A stretch of DNA of 64,000 nucleotides, from the IMG/VR virus record IMGVR_UViG_3300021376_000010. One strand, written 5' to 3'. A program made the position numbers and the translations under genes. Numbering within the stretch: position 1 is the first letter of the stretch; the number at the start of each line of letters is the position of its first letter. Positions 46,949 to 56,200 of this stretch are shown here, piece by piece. The notes below the pieces were generated by a model. That model saw nothing but the letters and a program-made list of their open reading frames with translations. It was not told the DNA's origin and made no database searches. The DNA is from a virus.

Positions 46949-48088
46949 TTAACCGTAAGTGATACGAACCATTCCAGAATGTCCTGGACCACCACAATAG
47001 CAGTTTCCACCTTCTGAAGAAGCTGATCTTCCACCCAACCCAACAATACCTTCTTCTGCACGTAGAGAACTATGTCCAAAGTAATCTGAGAATCTATACT
47101 GGGAAGAATCTGCACCAGAAAGATTCATAGATTGATATCTATATGGAAGATAACCACCTCTAGTATTAATTAGTCCACCAGGGAATGGATGATACTGAAC
47201 AATCATGCACCAGTCCATTGCTTGATTGCATGGTGAACCTAACAGTCCAGGAAGACCTCTTGCTCCACCATCAGCACCAAAGAAGGGAGCACAGTAAGCA
47301 CATTGATTAGTACAAATACCACCAAAGCAAGGATTGAGAGCATGACCATAAGAAACTCTACGTCCATTTGACCCAAAGGTAGTTCCAGCACCAATTAAAT
47401 CATATTGGAGTCTTGTTACGTCTTGATATTCAAGTGGATAATGTCCAATACCACCACCAGGAGTAAAGCAAGAAAATCCACAATTTCCCCAATGACCACC
47501 ACAAGCTTCACACATGTGTCCACCAAAAGGCATTGCTTGGCTTTCATTACATGAGTGACAATAATCACATATGCAATACATTTCAAAAGTGCTTTCTCTG
47601 TTCATACAGTTTGAACAGAATGATGCACCACCAAAACCACCTTCCGCACAGAAGTTATTCAATCCATATCCAACTACAAATGACTTACATCCACGAGAAC
47701 CCCACTGGGCTGGGTTGCAACAAGAAGCAGATGCGGCACATATTTCGTATGATTGTCCACCTAAATCAAATCCAGTGCAAATGCACTTATATGCATAAGC
47801 ACCCGATCCTCCAGGAGTTCCCCACATGCAACAGCAAGTGCCAGGTCCTCCACCACCTCCTCCCCAAATTTCAAACTTGATAAAGGTAGTTCCCGCTGGT
47901 GGTCTCCAAACATAGCATTCAAAATATCTATGTCTATTTACAGCACAATGGGTTCTGAATTGTACTTGATGATACTCAGAACCAGGAAAACTAATAGGTG
48001 TTGTTGGGACCGTACTGATTCCTGTTGTTTGGAATGACGCAATTTGTTGTTGGTCAGTATAACTAATTAAATCTCTTAAATTTGCCAT
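46949..48088 (-). CDS. Cys/Gly-rich fibre-tip (adhesin-like) protein, paralog A
   Basis: About 30 Cys in 379 aa; FEIWGGGGGGPGTCCC, PGGSGAYA, FCAEGG, GADGG, VRITY. Confidence 0.7.
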   Translation of the reverse strand: MANLRDLISYTDQQQIASFQTTGISTVPTTPISFPGSEYHQVQFRTHCAVNRHRYFECYVWRPPAGTTFIKFEIWGGGGGGPGTCCCMWGTPGGSGAYAYKCICTGFDLGGQSYEICAASASCCNPAQWGSRGCKSFVVGYGLNNFCAEGGFGGASFCSNCMNRESTFEMYCICDYCHSCNESQAMPFGGHMCEACGGHWGNCGFSCFTPGGGIGHYPLEYQDVTRLQYDLIGAGTTFGSNGRRVSYGHALNPCFGGICTNQCAYCAPFFGADGGARGLPGLLGSPCNQAMDWCMIVQYHPFPGGLINTRGGYLPYRYQSMNLSGADSSQYRFSDYFGHSSLRAEEGIVGLGGRSASSEGGNCYCGGPGHSGMVRITYG

Positions 48089-48118
48089 TTTATATCTCCC
48101 CTAATTTTTTGGCAATTA

Positions 48119-48457
48119 TCATGCGTTCAGAAGAACCCATCCATATTGTGATCCAGAATAAAGAAGATCTACAGCATTGTTGGGAATATTTAATATTAGA
48201 GACTCATTCAAGTTAGCAATTTTTGTAGTTGTTGTATTGACTCCTACAGTGCAGAAATTTGTTTTCCAGTTCCCTGTTGGGTCAACGATAGAAACTCTAT
48301 CTCCGATGTTTGCTGTATCAGCACTTGGGATATTGATTGTAATGGCATTACTTGTCGTATCAACAAGATATGTTCTACCACTAGTTGCGGTATACGGTGT
48401 AGTACTTACAGTTACAACTTCTGTCGTAAATGTTGGTGCAGAAATGAAACGTCCCAT
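48119..48457 (-). CDS. Small fibre connector protein (gp9/gp10-like beta domain)
   Basis: YLVDT...ITINIP...GDRVSIVD..GNW...LLYSG..GW; same pattern as the C-terminal half of 52812-53261. Confidence 0.6.
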   Translation of the reverse strand: MGRFISAPTFTTEVVTVSTTPYTATSGRTYLVDTTSNAITINIPSADTANIGDRVSIVDPTGNWKTNFCTVGVNTTTTKIANLNESLILNIPNNAVDLLYSGSQYGWVLLNA

Positions 48458-48487
48458 TGTTCTAAATTACTCCTTTATGGTTGTTAA

Positions 48488-48808
48488 TTAAAGTGTGGAT
48501 TGCTCAACACCGTAAACGTTAACGCTTACATTACTGGAATTAGAATATGCAATAAGTCTCTTACCAGCATCCAAAACTAATCCAGTTCTCTCCAGAACAC
48601 CATTGGGTGCAATAAAAGAATTAAATTCGATGAATTCAGCATTTGTTGGTGTTGCGGTTGCTGCAAGTGCTACACGAACAGCAATATCTGTAGCATTTCT
48701 ATTTGATACGTTAACATTAACGTATGCAAGTGTGCTAGTAGGAACAGTGTAAACTGTTGTATAAGTTGTAGAAGCAAGTGCTACTTGTCCTAGTACTCCA
48801 GATGCCAT
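48488..48808 (-). CDS. Small beta-sandwich virion adaptor protein
   Basis: VYTVP...VNVSNR...VRVAL...LERTGLVL..G; TATAAATA at 48857-48850. Confidence 0.65.
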   Translation of the reverse strand: MASGVLGQVALASTTYTTVYTVPTSTLAYVNVNVSNRNATDIAVRVALAATATPTNAEFIEFNSFIAPNGVLERTGLVLDAGKRLIAYSNSSNVSVNVYGVEQSTL

Positions 48809-48868
48809 TTAAATCTCCCAATTTTTTTTGATTCAATCTTATATGCAAATATTTATAATGTACAATAA

Positions 48869-51800
48869 TCAAGAAGTAGCAACCCAATAGGTAAATGGTC
48901 TGCTCTTAATCAATGTGCCATCAACGTATGCTTTTACTGCTGCTTGTGTAGGAACTTTTTCGTTGCTATTTTGGGAAAGTGTAACATCAGTAGAGAATTC
49001 ATTAATTTGAGCTCCCAACTGAGCACCAATAGAACCAAGTCTCAAGGATGTTAGACCAGAAAGGTCGAATGCAGATGCGTTCAATGTTGCTGCACCTGTT
49101 GCCTGGTTAACACGGAAGTACTTACCTACACGGAAGTTACCATTTTGGTCAGTAGAAACATAGTAAACACGACCAGGATAATCTTCTGTTACTTCTTTAG
49201 ATGGAATTGGATCTACGGTTGGTACACCAGGCCAATTGGTTGTTGATGTTCCACCAGTACCAATCTGCAAGAAGTCGTGACCAGTCAATCTAACTTGTGA
49301 ATACAAGTATCTAATTCTGAATGATTGCTCATCAAAAGTTTTATTTGCTTTTTCTTCTGCAAGAATCAATGTAGTTCTTCCTGTAGTATCAATTCCAATG
49401 GAAGTAACTTTCATGAATTCGTTATCAATCTTAATGAAGTTATCAGTTGAGAATCCACTTACGCTATTTACTCTTACAAATGTTTGTACAGGAGTTTGGT
49501 CTTTGATTACCTGAGTTGATGCAATAGTATTTGCAACTCCAATTGCTCGGAATACTGTTCCATTTGAATAACCAGTTGCGATTCCAGCACCTTCTTGTGC
49601 TCTTAAAACTGTCATTGCAATTGAAGAATCCAAGTTCACAATCTTCATTAACTCATTTGCTGGTGTAAGAACAAATCCATTCTGGAAGAATCCAGCAGTT
49701 GAACTTACAACGATTTGTGTATCAGATGTACCGATTGGGGAAGCAACCGTTGCTGTAACATTAGTAAAAGGATAATTTCTAATATTATTATTTGTTCCAA
49801 AATGTTTTGCGGCAGTTGTGTTCAACTGTGCTCTATTTACGTTAACATTTCCTCTTCCATCAGGAGCAAGGAAACTTACATTCTGAATAACATAAGTAAA
49901 TGGATCTGCACCAGTAATAGTTGTTGCAGCAGTTCCAATTGAACCACCATTTCCACTACCTGTTACAAATTCAATACTTCCTCCAGTCTGTAAATTATTT
50001 TGAAGTCCTCTTACAACAATGGTAAATCCGCTTTGTCCTCTATTTGCATCAGTATTATTTGTCAAATATGCTTGAGTTCCAGATGTTTGTCCTGTGATGA
50101 GTTCATTTTGTCTGAAACCTGAACCACTTGGTCCAGAAGTAACAACACTATAATAAAGTGCAGCAATTGATGTTTGAACAGAAGTTAGTTCTCCAACTGC
50201 ACCAGAAGTTGCTCCAATCACTCTCTCTCCCTGAATAAATCCAGGTGCAGTAATTGTCTCAATATTATACTTTAACTGAAGACCTTCTACTGTTCCACTC
50301 AAGAATGCTTCATCGGTGTTATATCCAGAACTTACAATACCATAGTTACCCCATGAACTATTTCCTGCAAGAGAACGAATTCTTCCTCCACGAGTTGAAC
50401 AGTAACTAACATGTGCATAATAAGTAAAGCAGGAAACCATTTCTGCTGCAGCATTATTGGTAACCCAGAAACCAACACCGTTATCATGAATATTTGTCCA
50501 AGAGTCAAAAACGATTGATTTATTAGATCTTTGTGGAGTATTATCGTATTGTTTGTGTACTTTTCCATCGACTACTGCTCCAACACCACCACTTGAAAAC
50601 GCAGAACAGTTAGAAATGTATGGTGATTTTGTAATTGGTGAATTTGGATTCAGTTTTACAAATACACCACGAACTGTTGCATTATTTAAATCTCTATCAC
50701 TAGCAGTAAATGTTACTGGAGTAGATGAAACTGTTTGTGCAGTATCTACTTCTACTTGTGTTGCGCTTATGTAAGTTACAACTTTAGTTCCAACTGTAAT
50801 TCCAGTTCCACTAATGACGGTTCCAACCAAATCTGGTTCCATTTCTGCGGTTGAATTGGTTAAAATTGTCCCAGAAATTGAAGCAGTTGCAGTTTTGAGA
50901 GTACCAGCAGGAACAAATCCCGTCAAACCTTCCATAACAATGTCTTTAAGCATAGTTCTATCACTAAGCATAAACATTGTTGATTGGGAATTTGACAAAG
51001 TTACTGCATTATCTACAGTAATATCAGAGGCACCATTTTCCCAAGTATCAACACCTGATATCCATAAACCACCAGTAAGTGGTTCGATTTCTACTTTTTT
51101 CTGAGAGAAGTTGAAATCTAAAATTCTAGCAGTTTTAGTTCCAGCACCATTAGCAATAGTTGCACCATACTGCATAGCAGTTGATGGGGCAGAGTTTAGA
51201 GTCAATACTTGGTGATTTGCATTACCTGCTGCTGGTACAATTTTTGTAGTTCTTAGGTTATCTCCTACAATGGTTACGTTTGCTGGAACAGTAATTGGAA
51301 GTTGTTCTTCATATGTTCCTGCTTTTACATAAATTGTTGCTGGACCAGTTACAATACCACAAGCATGTTTAATTGTAGCAAAAGCACGGTTAATATTCTT
51401 ACCATCGTTACCGTCACTACCTTCTTCTGCTACATAGAAAACAGGATAAGTTACATTATTTGTTTCCCAAACTGGTACTCCTGCTGGAGAAACAGTCAAT
51501 ACTTTTCCATTAGTTCCAATTGGAAGAGCTGCTGGACCTGCACCAGATTGGTAAATAATATCACCAGTTGCAGAAAGAACGTTAGTTGCAGAACCTTGAG
51601 TTAATGGATTCCAATATGTACCAAGAGCATCTGTGGCAGGGTCATTATTAAAGTTAGTTGATGCTACACTAACATAACTATTGGAATTTCTATAAATTGT
51701 ATCACCTTGTTCATATGTGGTGACAGATGACCAAGCACCTTTCCACTCAAATCCTTTAATAATCAAGTCCCACTTATTAGGTACTTGAACTGGATTGCTG

Positions 51801-52402
51801 GTCATTCCCGCACCAACTTCTTCCTTGGCAACGTAAGAATAACCACCAAAACGAATTACCTCACCTGGTAAGTAAGAGGTAGTAGTGGAATATGCACCAA
51901 TAAAGTCAAATCCAGTGGAAAGAGTATCCCAATCAGAAGTATATGCACTTGGTGCTTTATTAGTATTTAATGTTTTAGAAACATAATTGTTTCCACCATA
52001 TAGAACAACATCTCCTACTTGATATGCTGTTCCTGAGTTCCAAGTTCCTTCGTAATTGAAACCTCCAAAATATGGAGTTAGATAAGAAGAATTGAAATTA
52101 GAGGTTGAAGCAAAAGAGGTAACTACTCTGTATTGAGTGTTACCAAATTTTACTAAATCATTGACCTTGTAAAAAGTTGCTGGTGTCCAGTCACCTCTAT
52201 TTGCAATACCTTCAACGTGCAAAGACCACTTTGCTAGATCCGTTGAATACCAGTTTGTTTCTGATGCTACAGAAGTGTGATTCTGGGTACAGACATAAGT
52301 ATTCGCACCGAACTTAACGATATCATCAATAACATAGTCTGTACTTGTTGTCCAAGCACCTCTCCAGTTAAATTTTAGTCTTCCTAATCTAAAATCAGCC
52401 AT
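48869..52402 (-). CDS. Tail fibre/spike with CBM5/12-like repeats and a beta-helix-like domain
   Basis: Five G.W....Y..xD.V..G...Y repeats; FYVA..G.D...G....AFATI...YVKAGTY; C-terminal VPTQAAVKAYVD. Confidence 0.75.
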   Translation of the reverse strand: MADFRLGRLKFNWRGAWTTSTDYVIDDIVKFGANTYVCTQNHTSVASETNWYSTDLAKWSLHVEGIANRGDWTPATFYKVNDLVKFGNTQYRVVTSFASTSNFNSSYLTPYFGGFNYEGTWNSGTAYQVGDVVLYGGNNYVSKTLNTNKAPSAYTSDWDTLSTGFDFIGAYSTTTSYLPGEVIRFGGYSYVAKEEVGAGMTSNPVQVPNKWDLIIKGFEWKGAWSSVTTYEQGDTIYRNSNSYVSVASTNFNNDPATDALGTYWNPLTQGSATNVLSATGDIIYQSGAGPAALPIGTNGKVLTVSPAGVPVWETNNVTYPVFYVAEEGSDGNDGKNINRAFATIKHACGIVTGPATIYVKAGTYEEQLPITVPANVTIVGDNLRTTKIVPAAGNANHQVLTLNSAPSTAMQYGATIANGAGTKTARILDFNFSQKKVEIEPLTGGLWISGVDTWENGASDITVDNAVTLSNSQSTMFMLSDRTMLKDIVMEGLTGFVPAGTLKTATASISGTILTNSTAEMEPDLVGTVISGTGITVGTKVVTYISATQVEVDTAQTVSSTPVTFTASDRDLNNATVRGVFVKLNPNSPITKSPYISNCSAFSSGGVGAVVDGKVHKQYDNTPQRSNKSIVFDSWTNIHDNGVGFWVTNNAAAEMVSCFTYYAHVSYCSTRGGRIRSLAGNSSWGNYGIVSSGYNTDEAFLSGTVEGLQLKYNIETITAPGFIQGERVIGATSGAVGELTSVQTSIAALYYSVVTSGPSGSGFRQNELITGQTSGTQAYLTNNTDANRGQSGFTIVVRGLQNNLQTGGSIEFVTGSGNGGSIGTAATTITGADPFTYVIQNVSFLAPDGRGNVNVNRAQLNTTAAKHFGTNNNIRNYPFTNVTATVASPIGTSDTQIVVSSTAGFFQNGFVLTPANELMKIVNLDSSIAMTVLRAQEGAGIATGYSNGTVFRAIGVANTIASTQVIKDQTPVQTFVRVNSVSGFSTDNFIKIDNEFMKVTSIGIDTTGRTTLILAEEKANKTFDEQSFRIRYLYSQVRLTGHDFLQIGTGGTSTTNWPGVPTVDPIPSKEVTEDYPGRVYYVSTDQNGNFRVGKYFRVNQATGAATLNASAFDLSGLTSLRLGSIGAQLGAQINEFSTDVTLSQNSNEKVPTQAAVKAYVDGTLIKSRPFTYWVATS

Positions 52403-52416
52403 TTTTGTTTAATTCC

Positions 52417-52815
52417 TTACTTAGGTCCTGCGGTATTGTAATCGTATGTGCCACCAACTCTGGCAACAAAGTATCCATCATCATCGATGAAATAAGAAAT
52501 TCTTCGAAAATCAAACCTGAACTGTTGATATTTATCAGCAGGGTGGTTGGTATATGATTTTTCTTCTGTAGTTTCTTCAACGTAATCAATTCCTTCCAAA
52601 AAGTCGGGATATTGACTACCATCTTTTCTGTAAAAATCACCAACTACATTAGAATCAGTTGATCTTACTTGTGTGTAATAAAGCATTCCACTAGAATCTC
52701 TGCGAACAGCATGAATATACCAATCATTTTCTTTTTTTAGAGTAGAAGTATCGTTAAACGAACTGCCTGCACTAGAAGAAGATGATGCCATACTTCCGCT
52801 TAAGAACATTGTCAT
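52417..52815 (-). CDS. Conserved hypothetical virion-region protein
   Basis: HAVRRD..GMLYYT, KYQQFRFD...YFIDDDGYFVAR. Confidence 0.7.
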   Translation of the reverse strand: MTMFLSGSMASSSSSAGSSFNDTSTLKKENDWYIHAVRRDSSGMLYYTQVRSTDSNVVGDFYRKDGSQYPDFLEGIDYVEETTEEKSYTNHPADKYQQFRFDFRRISYFIDDDGYFVARVGGTYDYNTAGPK

Positions 52816-53261
52816 ACAGAGACCCTCCAGTAAGTACCTTCCCAGATCAATTCGACACTAGCACCAGAAACATCACATACAAGTGGGGCATCAATTAACC
52901 CCGAAGCATTTTTAAATTTCTGATTATTTTGAGTGACTACTATAAGATTATTTATGCTCCATAAAGATTTTGAATCAAACAGGCTGATATAGTCACCCGT
53001 GTTTATTAGGGTTGGCAAAGTAACAGAGTATTCAGAGTTAGAAGTATCTACATGATATTTTGTGTTTGCTTTTAGTGAGGTTGCTGATGAAATTAGTGTG
53101 TATCTTGCTTTTGATACTTCAAATCCCCCTGTAGTTAAACCATCATGTACTCTTATTACACTCTTATCTGTATCAACGGTAACTTCAGCCAAAGCACCAG
53201 TAAACGAAGCATGTTCTTGCTCAGTACCTTTTCTGAGTTGAACTCGTTTTGTATTTGCCAT
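52812..53261 (-). CDS. Fibre-attachment protein (Mtd N-terminal-like plus gp9-like domain)
   Basis: VQLRKGT...FTGALAEVTVDTDK...VHDG.T.GG followed by YHVDT...VTLP...GD...W. Confidence 0.65.
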   Translation of the reverse strand: MANTKRVQLRKGTEQEHASFTGALAEVTVDTDKSVIRVHDGLTTGGFEVSKARYTLISSATSLKANTKYHVDTSNSEYSVTLPTLINTGDYISLFDSKSLWSINNLIVVTQNNQKFKNASGLIDAPLVCDVSGASVELIWEGTYWRVSV

Positions 53262-53289
53262 TTATATAAAGATTGTATATCTTTATTTA

Positions 53290-56200
53290 TCAAATTATGT
53301 AAATTCTGATTGGTTTTGGTGAATCAAATTCAATATATCTATTGGTTGATATACCATTAAATTGTGCTTGTGTAATTCCAACATAACCTGCACGACCAAA
53401 CATCTCTTTAGATGCACCAGATAGTCTAAAGAGTATTTGTGTTCTGTCGTAAGGAACAACTCTTGCGATACCTGCAGATTGGAATCCAAATATTCTTCCT
53501 GTTCCAAGATATGCCTCGGTATTCTTCTCGACAGCATTTCCTGTAAACTTGAATAGGTTTGTTGTTGGTGGAGAGAATGTAACAGATTCTGTCTTGCTGA
53601 CGAATGCAAAGAGAGATCCAGTACCAACATAAGTTGCTGGAATTACAGATTCTTTTGCAGAACCCGTAATTCTGAATAGTCCACCAGTTGTGCTGACAAC
53701 TGCAGAAGATTCTGCAGCACCAATAAATCCAAATAGAGAACCAGATCCAGCATAACTCTTGCTCTTTCTTTCTTGAGCAGTTCCAACAAAGTCAAATAGT
53801 GTTGTGGAAATTGCTGGAGTGAAGGATACTCTTTCTGCACCACCACCAAAACCAAATAGTGTTCCAGTAGTAGTCCAGTTTGTATTTCTCTCTGTTTTTG
53901 CTGCTCCACCAAACTTGAATAGTGTAGTTGAAGTTGGAGGTACAACAGTAGAAGATTCCTGAGCACTGACAAAAATGACTTTGCCGTTGATATCGAGAAT
54001 TGAATCTTTGGTACGGAATCGAACAAGACCAGAACCAGTATAAGATTCTGTATTACTTTCTGCCGCAGATCCAGCAAACTTGAATAGTGTTGTTTTTGTT
54101 TCTGCTGAACTAGTTGTTTCTGTCTTGCTGACAAACGTGAAGAGTGAACCAGTACCAACGTGAGTATAAAGATTGCGTACTGTGCCAGAACCAGTAATTC
54201 TGAATAAAGTCTTGAATTCTGGTAGTTTTCTACCAACAGATTCTGCTCCACCAGTGAATCCAAAGATACGTCCAGATCCAATATAAGATTCTGTATTCTT
54301 CTCGATTGCAGAACCAAATATAGTTGTTTTTCCAGATCCAATATGCTTCAGTCTTGCAATTATATTTGCATTTCCAGAGAGTTTTGCCTCTGTTAAACCA
54401 GTATAAGATTCTGTATTTCTCTCTGATGCAGCACCAGTAATTCTGAATAGTGTTCCACTTACTGGTGGTCTGCTTGCTGAAACAGTTACTGAAGAAATTA
54501 AACCAAAGAGTGAACCAGTTCCAATATATGGTCTTGTTCTTGGTGTTTCTGCACTACCATTAATTGAAAGTAGACCTTCTCCAAGATGAACTGGTTTTGT
54601 CTGTGTTCTTGCATTTCCAGCAAGAGTAATAGTACCAGAACCAACTTCTCCGTAAATAAAGAATAGTGTAACAACACCAGTTGCCCTGAATAGAGCACCA
54701 TCTGTTGGTGGAACAATGGTTTTTCTTTCAATTCCAGAGATATAACGTTGCTTACTACGTGCATCAAGTCCAGAAACTCTTTGTCTGAGATTTAATACAC
54801 CGCTTCCAATTTCAGATAGTGAAGATACGACTATAGAAGAACCATTGAGTTTAAATAGTACTCCATCTGAACGCAATCTTCCTACAACAACAGATGTTGC
54901 ACTATCAAATGTAAATATGCGTCCAGAACCAAAGTATGATTCTGTATTCTTCTCGATTGCATTTCCTGCAAACTTGAAGAGTCCTGTTGAAACCTTAGTT
55001 GCTGCAGAAGACTCGGTGGAACTGATAAAGGTAAAGAGTGAACCAGAACCAAAGTATGATTCTGTATTCTTCTCGATTGCATTTCCTGCAAACTTGAAGA
55101 GACCTGTTGCTGATGGAGCATTGGATTTGACTTCTGTTTTGGTTCCAAATGCAAAGAGTGAACCAGAACCAACATAAGATTCTGCATTCTTCTCGATTGC
55201 ATTTCCTGCAAACTTGAAGAGTACTGTTGCAACAAGAGAACTTGTAGTAGATTCTGCCGATCCAGTGAAGGCAAAAATACGTCCAGAACCAATATGTGGT
55301 GCGGGAGTAATTGCTTGTGGAGAAGAACCAAAGAACTTGAAGAGACCTGTTGCTGATGGAGCATTGGATTTGACTTCTGTTTTGGTTCCAAATGCAAAGA
55401 GTGAACCAGAACCAACATAAGATTCTGCATTCTTCTCGACTGCCGCACCAGAAATAGTAAGTTTTCCAGAACCAATTTGTGGTTTTGGAGTAACAGATTC
55501 TCGACCATCAACAATTGCAAAGAGAGAACCAGAACCAACGTGAACTAGACTAAAACCAATAGTTGCAGAACTAATTCTGGTTATTTGTAGGTTTCCACTA
55601 CCATTATATCCAAATAATCTATGTACAGATACTGGTGTTGAGAATACTTTTGCTCGACCAGAACCAACATAAGATTCTGCATTCTTCTCGACTGCCGCAC
55701 CAGAAATAGTAAGTTTTCCAGAACCAATTTGTGGTTTTGGAGTAACAGATTCTTGACCACCAACAATTGCAAAGAGAGAACCAGAACCAACGTGAGATAG
55801 TAAAGCTCTTAATTGTGAAGAACCAAGGAACTTGAATAGTCCTGTTGCTGATGGAATATTTGCTCTTGCTTCTCCAGCACCAGTAAATGCAAATATACGT
55901 CCAGAACCAATATGAGATAGTGATGCTTTAATTGCTGCCTTGTCATCACTAAATCTAAATCTTCCATATGGGAATCTATTTTCAACATCAGTAATGTAAC
56001 CATAATTACGTTTTTGTTGTCCGTAATTTGTTGGTTGTGTAATAAATCCATAATCATCTGGATTATCAACACCAAATTGAGATACAATTTGGTTTCCATA
56101 AGTACTAATTTGGTCATTAGCATAATCAAATATTACATTACTATTGCTGATATTAATTGGAGTTTCTGTTAAGAAACCATAATCAAGGGACTCTAGATTT

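Noticed and set aside
46936-47115. 60-aa N-terminal extension of paralog B given in the ORF track
   Set aside because: It overlaps paralog A in another frame. ATG 46935 has an AGGAG RBS and gives the shared MAxLRxLL start.
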